Assembly: GCF_002498065.1 (NCBI RefSeq)
Contig: NZ_DAFZ01000109.1
Location: 2,542 to 66,541, forward strand
Source of the DNA: Methanoculleus sp. UBA208
GTDB taxonomy: Archaea > Halobacteriota > Methanomicrobia > Methanomicrobiales > Methanoculleaceae
Direction of reading: 5' to 3'
Length of the DNA stretch: 64,000 bases
Shown here: positions 53,502-60,191 of the stretch, in pieces
Position numbering within the stretch: the first letter of the stretch is position 1
Layout of the letters: each line of letters begins with the position of its first letter
The notes under the pieces: model-generated
Database searches by the model: none
What the model was told of the DNA's origin: nothing
What the model saw: only the letters and a program-made list of their open reading frames with translations
Position numbers and translations under genes: made by a program

Positions 53502-56262
53502 ACGCCAGGCGCGGGCCGCGCTCGACCATTCGGCGAGCAAGTGCGTCACCGCCGGGGCGGGGACGGGGAAGACGCACGTCCTGGTCCAAAAATACCTCAG
53601 CCTGCTCGAGAGCGGGATCGGCGTCGGCAGCATCCTCGCGCTGACCTTCACCGAGAAGGCGGCCGGCGAGATGAAGGTCCGGGTCCGCCAGGCCATCGCG
53701 GAGAAGGAGGGCGAGCGGTGGGACGCGGTCCGCGACGAGTTTTTGTGGGCGAAGGTATCGACCTTCCACTCCTTCTGCGCCTCTGTCCTCCGTGAGTTCC
53801 CGCTCGAGGCCGGTGTGGGACCCGCCTTCGCCGTCCTCGACGAGCGGGAGGCGTTCCGGGTCCGCGAAGAGGCGGCCGAGGACCTCTTCCACGGCGATCC
53901 GCCCCCGGAGTGCCGTGATGCGGTGATCGGCGCCCTCCGGGCGGTCGGGGCCTATGAGCTGAAGAACTATCTCGAGCGGCTGTACTCACGCCGCGTGGCG
54001 GCGGAGGCGTTCTTTGCCACCCTCGCGCGGAGCGAAGAGGAGGTGCTCGACGCCTGGCGGGCGGCGGTGGAACGGCACCGGGAGGAGGCGCTTGCGGCCT
54101 TCTCCGACCGTGCGGGCCCCTCGATCGAGACGCTCCGGGACCTTGCCGCCCGCTACTCCGGCGACCGGGACCCGGGCGAGGAGTATCTCCGGGCCGTCGA
54201 GCCCTGCCTCGCGGGTGAGATCGCGGTCGCCGGACTTGCCGGGGTTCACGACAATTCGCGCTTCCGCAAGAATATGGGGCAGAAGAAGAACTGGGCGGGG
54301 GACGACCTCGACAACCTCCGGACGGCCTACGGCGTCCTCAAGCAGTGCCTCAAGGACCACGCCGGAGCCCTTTCGCTCACCCTCGACCCGGAGGACCCCT
54401 TCACCCGGGCGACGTTCGACTTCCTCCGCGACCTCGGCACAGTCTTTTCTGCCTTTCTTGACGCGATCGATGCCGAGAAGCGGCGGCGTAACGCCCTCGA
54501 CTTCGACGACCTGGTCGGCCGCACCCACCGGCTCTTTCGCGACCGCGAGGATATCCTTGCGGCGCACTTCCGGGACCGGTTCCGGTTCGTCCTGGTCGAC
54601 GAGTTCCAGGACACCGATCCCGTCCAGAACGCCATCATCCGCGCTGTCCTCGGCGATTCCGCGAACCTCTTCATCGTCGGCGACCCGAAGCAGTCCATCT
54701 ACCTCTTCCGGGAGGCCGACGTGACGCAGTTTGGGCATACCCGCGACCTGATCGAGCGCGATCTCGGCGGGGAGACGATAGCGCTCGACGTCAACTTCCG
54801 GAGCACGCCCGAGGTAGTCGGGTTCACGAACGCCGTCTTTTCCGCCCTGATGGCGGAGCCCGGACGGCCCTGGGAGTTCCTCTACGAACCGCTGCGTGCG
54901 AACCGCCATAGCGACACCGGCTCGGTCGAACTCCTCCTCTGTCCGAAGATTAAAGGCCGGGCGGCCGGCCGCCGGGCCGAGGCGGAGATGGCGGCAAGAA
55001 AGATCCGGGCCATCGTCGAGCGGGGGGAAAAGCCGGTCTACTGCGACGGGGAGGCCCGGCCGGCGGGCTACGGCGACGTGGCCGTCCTGCTTGAGCGGCG
55101 GACGAACCTTGCCTACTACGAGTGGGCGCTCGGGCGCTACGGCGTCCCCTACCACGTCCACGCCGGGCTCGGGTTCTACGAGCGCCAGGAGGTCTACGAC
55201 CTCTACAACATCCTCCGGTTCCTCACGAACTACCTTGACGACGCGGCGCTCTACGGCGTGTTGCGGTCGCCCTACTTCGGGTTCTCCGATGCCCGGCTCT
55301 TTCATATCGCCCGGGCGCCCGGGGATTCTCTCTGGAAACGGCTGCAGGCCGCGGCGGAGCCTGCGGCGGCGACCCTCCGGGGGTGGCTCTCGCTCTCCCG
55401 CAGGCTCCCGCCCGCCCGCCTCCTCCGCCGGATCGTCGACGAGTCGGGCATCTTCGTTGTCTTCGGCGGGATGGCCGGCGGCGAACAGGCCGCGGCGAAC
55501 GTCGAGAAACTGATCGCCATCGCGAGGGAGGCCGACTGCTCCACGCTCGGGGAGTTTGTCGCGGAACTCGGGCGCTCTATCGACGGCGGGGAGCGCGAGG
55601 GGGATGCCCCCCTCGACGTTGTGTCGACGGATGCGGTCTCGATCATGACGGTGCACGCCGCAAAGGGGCTCGAGTTCCCGGTCGTCGTCGTCCCCGACCT
55701 CGGGGAGACGCCGCGGTCCGGCGGGGGCACCATCATGGTGGAGGACGGGCTGCTGCTCGGGGTCTCGATACCGAACCCGGCAAACGACCACGAGCGCGAG
55801 GAGACGCCGGTCCTGACGATCCTCAGGGACGAGCACCGGGAGAAGGAGGAGGCCGAGCGCAAACGCCTCTTCTACGTCGCGGTCACCCGGGCGAAGGATC
55901 ACCTCATCCTCTGCGGGGAGATGCCGGCCGAAGTCCCGGAGACCCTCGCGGAAGGGAAGACCCGGATGGCCTGGCTCGCACACTGCCTCGGGCTCTGCGA
56001 TGAGGCCTGTGCCCGCGGTGAAGCCGTCCTCGAGAAGCTCCGCATCCCGCTCACCCTCGACCCCGCGGCGATCCCCGTCGACGTGCAGGAGACCGCCCCG
56101 GTCTATCTCCCGGTGCCGGACGACGTTCCCGCGGTGGTTGTCCCGGCGAGCATCCCCCCCGACGGGAGGGGGAGCGTGTCTACTCGGCAAGCGAGCTCGA
56201 GGCGTACCTCCGCGGCCCGGCGGGGTCCCGGCCCCCGGGGTTCGCCGCCGGAGATCCCCTGA
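53488..56262 (+). CDS. AddA/UvrD-like SF1 helicase (helicase part; nuclease domain continues in another frame)
   Basis: Track ORF, 924 aa. Helicase motifs are AGAGTGKTHVL, VLVDEFQDTD, GDPKQSIYLFREA, NFRS, TVHAAKGLEFPVVVV and VAVTRAKDHLIL. The last roughly 35 residues are low-complexity out-of-frame sequence. Confidence 0.85.
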   Translation: MGLTERQARAALDHSASKCVTAGAGTGKTHVLVQKYLSLLESGIGVGSILALTFTEKAAGEMKVRVRQAIAEKEGERWDAVRDEFLWAKVSTFHSFCASVLREFPLEAGVGPAFAVLDEREAFRVREEAAEDLFHGDPPPECRDAVIGALRAVGAYELKNYLERLYSRRVAAEAFFATLARSEEEVLDAWRAAVERHREEALAAFSDRAGPSIETLRDLAARYSGDRDPGEEYLRAVEPCLAGEIAVAGLAGVHDNSRFRKNMGQKKNWAGDDLDNLRTAYGVLKQCLKDHAGALSLTLDPEDPFTRATFDFLRDLGTVFSAFLDAIDAEKRRRNALDFDDLVGRTHRLFRDREDILAAHFRDRFRFVLVDEFQDTDPVQNAIIRAVLGDSANLFIVGDPKQSIYLFREADVTQFGHTRDLIERDLGGETIALDVNFRSTPEVVGFTNAVFSALMAEPGRPWEFLYEPLRANRHSDTGSVELLLCPKIKGRAAGRRAEAEMAARKIRAIVERGEKPVYCDGEARPAGYGDVAVLLERRTNLAYYEWALGRYGVPYHVHAGLGFYERQEVYDLYNILRFLTNYLDDAALYGVLRSPYFGFSDARLFHIARAPGDSLWKRLQAAAEPAAATLRGWLSLSRRLPPARLLRRIVDESGIFVVFGGMAGGEQAAANVEKLIAIAREADCSTLGEFVAELGRSIDGGEREGDAPLDVVSTDAVSIMTVHAAKGLEFPVVVVPDLGETPRSGGGTIMVEDGLLLGVSIPNPANDHEREETPVLTILRDEHREKEEAERKRLFYVAVTRAKDHLILCGEMPAEVPETLAEGKTRMAWLAHCLGLCDEACARGEAVLEKLRIPLTLDPAAIPVDVQETAPVYLPVPDDVPAVVVPASIPPDGRGSVSTRQASSRRTSAARRGPGPRGSPPEIP

Positions 56263-56726
56263 CCCGCGGTCTCGTCGTCCACGAGGTCTTCCGCGGCCGG
56301 GACCCCGCCGCGGTGCTGCGGCGCTACGGCATGGACCCCGCCCGGGCAGGAGAGTACCGGGAGCTCTACGACCGGTTCCTCGCGTCCCCCCTGATGCAGG
56401 GCATCGTCCGGGACCACCGCGAGGTGCCGTTTTCGGCGCGGGTGAACGGGTTCGCGTTCCGGGGAGCCATCGACCGGCTGGTGCAGCGGCCGGACGGCGC
56501 CTGGGCGCTCATCGACTACAAGACCGGGACGCCGGGGGATGCCGGGGACTACGCGGTCCAGATGGCGGTCTACCGCCACGCCGCCGCCCGGATCCTCGGG
56601 GATTCGGTCACGCCCTACCTCTACTTCGTCGACGCCGACCGCTGGGTGGAAGTCGATGTTGACGAGGAGCAGGTTTTTGATGCGATAGAACGTGCGGTCA
56701 GGGGGATTGAAGAAGGGGATCTTTGA
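56160..56726 (+). CDS. PD-(D/E)XK nuclease domain of the AddA-like protein (shifted frame)
   Basis: The frame is open from about 56160. It reads (R)REGERVYSASELEAYLRGP...HEVF...GAIDRLVQRPDGAWALIDYKTG...VQMAVYRHAA. Track ORF 56313..56726 is its tail. Confidence 0.7.
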   Translation, partial: RREGERVYSASELEAYLRGPAGSRPPGFAAGDPLTRGLVVHEVFRGRDPAAVLRRYGMDPARAGEYRELYDRFLASPLMQGIVRDHREVPFSARVNGFAFRGAIDRLVQRPDGAWALIDYKTGTPGDAGDYAVQMAVYRHAAARILGDSVTPYLYFVDADRWVEVDVDEEQVFDAIERAVRGIEEGDL

Positions 56727-56787
56727 TGGCAGGGGACGAGGGGTGCCGGAGGGTATAAGTGGGCGGATGTATTATTCAAGAATAACT

Positions 56788-57072
56788 ATGCATCCCCTCG
56801 CCCAGATCCGGCAGAACCTGCGCACCCTCCGGGAACGCTACGGCGTGGCCCGTATTGGCATCTTCGGATCGGTTGTGCGGAACGAGGCCACCCCGGCAAG
56901 CGACATCGACATCCTGGTGGAGTTCCGGGAGGGAGAGGAGACGTTCGATCACTTTATGGACCTCAAGTTCTACCTCGAAGACCTCCTGGGGCGAAGGACG
57001 GATCTCGTCATCGCCGACACCTTAAAGCCCCGCATCCGGGACGCCATCCTTGGCGAGGTCGTTTATGCCTAG
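56788..57072 (+). CDS. MNT-type nucleotidyltransferase antitoxin (MntA-like, 94 aa)
   Basis: Inner ATG 56788 of track ORF 56692..57072. The signature is GIFGSVVRNEATPASDIDILVEF (GSxxRxxxxxxSDxD). Confidence 0.85.
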   Translation: MHPLAQIRQNLRTLRERYGVARIGIFGSVVRNEATPASDIDILVEFREGEETFDHFMDLKFYLEDLLGRRTDLVIADTLKPRIRDAILGEVVYA

Positions 57073-57402
57073 GGATCTCCTGCTGTATCTTGAGGATATC
57101 CGCGATGCCATCGCCTCAATCCGCTCTTATGTAGGTAACCGAACGTTTGAGGAACTCGTGGGCGATCGCATGCGCCTCGACGCCGTCGTGCTCAGATTTG
57201 TTACCATCGGGGAAGCGACAAAACAGATTCCCACGAGCGTCACCGCCCGTCACCCGGAGATCGAATGGCGAAAGATTGCCGGGCTCCGTGATATCAGCGT
57301 TCACTCCTATTATGCGGTGAAACGATTCCCTGGGATATCATCCAGACCAAACTCGGTCCCCTGGAGGACGCGATAGAGACGATGATCCAAGAAGAGGAGT
57401 AA
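57065..57402 (+). CDS. HEPN (DUF86, HepT-like) toxin, frameshifted just after the Rx4H motif
   Basis: ATG 57065 overlaps the MNT stop. MPRDLLLYLEDIRDAI...IAGLRDISVHSYYAV carries Rx4H as RDISVH. The expected family C-terminus TIPWDIIQTKLGPLEDAIETMIQEEE* is in the next frame, from 57322 to the stop at 57400-57402. Confidence 0.75.
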
Positions 57403-57511
57403 CGGCAGGTCGATGGGTCCTCACCCGCGGTGGTGTACCAGCCGAGAACGAGCCGTGTCGCGGGCACGCCGGCACCTCTGCGCACGGCCTCCGGTTCTCC
57501 GCCCTCACCGC

Positions 57512-57673
57512 TCAGTCGTACAGCCCTATCGCCAGGTAGTCGTCGTCCGAGAGCTCGTCCCAGAGTTCGAGGACGACCGAGCCGTCGTCAAGGACATCGC
57601 CCGGGATCACCCAGTCGGAATCGACTTCCGTGACCTCTTCAACCCCCTCCGGGGTTCTCACGAGCACCTTCAT
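57512..57673 (-). CDS. Unlisted small acidic ORF (53 aa)
   Basis: Hand translation gives MKVLVRTPEGVEEVTEVDSDWVIPGDVLDDGSVVLELWDELSDDDYLAIGLYD*. It is below the track cutoff and lies downstream of the polyprenyl synthase fusion on the same strand. Confidence 0.3.
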   Translation of the reverse strand: MKVLVRTPEGVEEVTEVDSDWVIPGDVLDDGSVVLELWDELSDDDYLAIGLYD

Positions 57674-57902
57674 TGCGCTGTCTCCGTTCTGCGGCCAGCC
57701 CCATCGGAATTCTCTGTATCATGTTGCCGTAAGGCCGTATGCAGCGGCCGGAGATCTCCCCCGGCCGGATAAAAACCTTCCCGTTCCGCAGGGTATGCCG
57801 GCCCCCGGCGGTGCAGGTCCTTCCGTGACGGGGTCTGCACCACTGAATGCCTATCCCCCCTTTACCGGCTTATCGCCGCCGGCGTTCCGGCCATGCCGCC
57901 CT

Positions 57903-60098
57903 TCAGACCTCGTATGCCATGTATATCAAGTTTGCACAGACCACCCGGAGCATGAGTTTTGCGGGCGAGGGAGGGATATGCCCGGAGAACTGCGTCCAGG
58001 CTTCCTCGATCATCCCCACCGCCTCCTCCGTACACCTCTCCACCGCTCCGGACTTCCTGACCAGCGCTATCCCCTCGGCCAGAACCGCTTCGTCCTCCCG
58101 CAACGCAGGGGTGCAGAGGATCTCCTTGAGCCTCTCCGACTCCGTGCTGTCGAGCATCCCGATCGCCCGGATGATCGCGTACGTCGGTTTCCCCGCCTTC
58201 AGGTCCTCGCCCTGCACCTTCCGCCACTCCGGCGAGTCGCTGAAGTTCAGCACGTCGTCGATGATCTGAAAGACGATGCCCATCGCCCTGCCAAACGAGA
58301 GACAGGCCTCCTTCTTCTCGTCGGCAAGGTCCAGGAATATCGCCGAGAGGGCGGCGACCCCTTCGGTGGCCGAAGCGGTCTTGTAGGAGTACATCTGCAG
58401 CAGCTGCGCATCGAGGCTGTTTTCCAGCCACCGGTCGAGGTTCTCCCGCGATATGTTCCCCGACCAGTAGATGTCCTGGGCCTGGCCGAGATGGGCTTTG
58501 AGCGACGTCTCGGTCATCAGCGTCAGGATCCTGTAGCGCTGCTCTGCCGTCAGCCCCCCGGACCGGGCCACGACGCTCTGCGGGAAGAAGTACAGGGTGC
58601 TTGCCGCATTGATGGCCACATCAGTGCCGTAGCGGATGTGAACGGACTCCTCTCCCCGGCGGAGAAGCGACTGGTCCTCGATGTCGTCGATGATGAGCGC
58701 AGAGGTGTGCAGGAGCTCGGTGAGGATGAAGAGCCGTTCGATCTCCTCGTTCATCGCGACCCCCATCGACCCGGCGATCAGGAACCCGAATATCGGTCTC
58801 CAGTGTTTTCCGTTCCGCGACAGGAGGTCCCATACCGGCTTTGCAATCGTCTCGGTCATCGGCGTGCAGTCCAGTATCGGCTGGTGCCTGCCGAATATGG
58901 CGTCGCACCACTCGCAATCGATGGTTTTTGGCAACATCCCGGCCAGTCCGGCGTCGATCTTCTCGTGGAACCGGGCGAGGAAGTCGGAGAGGTTCCGTAT
59001 GTAGCCGCACCCGTAGACCTCGAGCTGCCCCCGTCCCGAGACCCCGGCACCGCCGATCTCGCCGGAGACCGTTCCCGACCCTTCCCAGATGCCGCCCGAT
59101 ATCCCGATCAGTTCGATCTCCTGCGCATCGGTATCGGGCGAAAAGACCAGCCGGCACCCGATCCCGGGAACGGTGAACGCCCACTCGACAGGGTAGCGGA
59201 TGTGGGTCGTTTTACTCTCCCAGAACCGCAGGGGTTCGAGCCCGAACTCCGGGAAGTACCTCGCATCATCTCCCTCAAAGAGGACACAGAACTTCGCTTC
59301 GGTCTCGCCCGACTCGATGTTCTTGCGGTGCATGAAGAGCAGGCTCCGGCCGTCGTCGAGGCTGATGCCGCACCATTCCCAGCCGAGGGGGTCGGACCGC
59401 CCGTCCCGGTTCTTCTTCGCGAACCACGCATCCCCGCCTGCCTGGCAGTCGAACCACGCCTCTCCCCCGATCTCCTCGTCCCCGTACCGGCCTTTCAGCG
59501 AGAGCCGGGGGCAGGTCACGTAGTCCATGCCGAGCCCTTCTCCGCCGGGGAGCAGGGCGGGGATGTCGACGAACGGGACCTGTGGTTCGAGGAGGAGGGA
59601 GACGGGCTGCCCGCTTTCCGGGTCCGCGAACGATACCGATATCGATGACGGTGCAAACGAGAGAGCCGCGGTCTCCCAGGCCACCCCGTCCGGGGCGACC
59701 CGCATCGGCCCTTCCGGTGAGAAAAACGGCCGGTACAGCCCATACTCGGCGATCTCTTTCTGTATCGTCTCGGCTATGCACCTGTTGATCCCGAACTCCT
59801 CCGGGATGTCCCCGAGCCTCTCCAGGTACCAGGCACGCGATGTCTCGTCGAGGAGAATCTCTTTGCCGTGTTCTCCCGTTCCCGGATCGACGACGGAGCA
59901 GAGATACATCGAGCCCGGCGTGCCGTCGTCCGGCAGGTTCAGCGAGAAGAAGCAGACGACGAAATTCCTCCTCCGGCAGGCCGCCCCTTCGAAGAACCCC
60001 CGGATGTACCACCACTTTACGAACGGACTTTCATCGCCGGGGCGGTTGAATACGGATGGGTGAAGAGGGAAAATCTGATCGCTGTTTTGTCCGGTGAT
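57903..60098 (-). CDS. Fusion protein: AttH/CrtC-like (lipocalin/hydratase fold) N-terminal half plus trans-polyprenyl diphosphate synthase C-terminal half
   Basis: Track ORF 57903..59909, 668 aa. The AttH-like half has GEAWFDCQAGGDAWF, WEWCGISLDDGRSLLF, THIRYPVEWAFTVPG and IWEGSGTVSGEI. The synthase half has FARM LIIDDIED, KVQGEDLKAGKPTY and SARM-like IIDDVLN. The frame stays open upstream to 60116 and encodes the conserved AttH N-terminus FPLHPSVF...FVKWWYIRGFF with no ATG/GTG/TTG. The 5' end is placed at ATC 60098, 6 nt after GGAGGGG. Confidence 0.8.
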   Translation of the reverse strand: MTGQNSDQIFPLHPSVFNRPGDESPFVKWWYIRGFFEGAACRRRNFVVCFFSLNLPDDGTPGSMYLCSVVDPGTGEHGKEILLDETSRAWYLERLGDIPEEFGINRCIAETIQKEIAEYGLYRPFFSPEGPMRVAPDGVAWETAALSFAPSSISVSFADPESGQPVSLLLEPQVPFVDIPALLPGGEGLGMDYVTCPRLSLKGRYGDEEIGGEAWFDCQAGGDAWFAKKNRDGRSDPLGWEWCGISLDDGRSLLFMHRKNIESGETEAKFCVLFEGDDARYFPEFGLEPLRFWESKTTHIRYPVEWAFTVPGIGCRLVFSPDTDAQEIELIGISGGIWEGSGTVSGEIGGAGVSGRGQLEVYGCGYIRNLSDFLARFHEKIDAGLAGMLPKTIDCEWCDAIFGRHQPILDCTPMTETIAKPVWDLLSRNGKHWRPIFGFLIAGSMGVAMNEEIERLFILTELLHTSALIIDDIEDQSLLRRGEESVHIRYGTDVAINAASTLYFFPQSVVARSGGLTAEQRYRILTLMTETSLKAHLGQAQDIYWSGNISRENLDRWLENSLDAQLLQMYSYKTASATEGVAALSAIFLDLADEKKEACLSFGRAMGIVFQIIDDVLNFSDSPEWRKVQGEDLKAGKPTYAIIRAIGMLDSTESERLKEILCTPALREDEAVLAEGIALVRKSGAVERCTEEAVGMIEEAWTQFSGHIPPSPAKLMLRVVCANLIYMAYEV

Positions 60099-60137
60099 CG
60101 CTTTCCCCTCCGCTGGTTATGACTCAGATTCTTACGC

Positions 60138-60144
60138 TATATAA
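60138..60144 (-). promoter_or_regulatory. TATA box (TTATATA on the minus strand) for the AttH-polyprenyl synthase gene
   Basis: It lies about 27 nt upstream of the GGAGGGG box (60111-60105) and about 40 nt upstream of the proposed start at 60098, in the 94-nt gap after the dikinase stop. Confidence 0.35.
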
Positions 60145-60191
60145 TGATTGGGAAATTCCGGAAGGGGATCGGATCCGGAAAATAAATGAAA

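Noticed and set aside
57630-59648. 672-aa plus-strand ORF antisense to the AttH-polyprenyl synthase gene. The same reasoning applies to 53986..56190-, 40478..42091-, 7407..8732+, 17229..18638+, 51414..52442-, 52542..53696- and 60333..61319+.
   Set aside because: All overlap genes with strong domain signatures on the opposite strand and show Arg/Pro/Gly-biased, motif-free translations.
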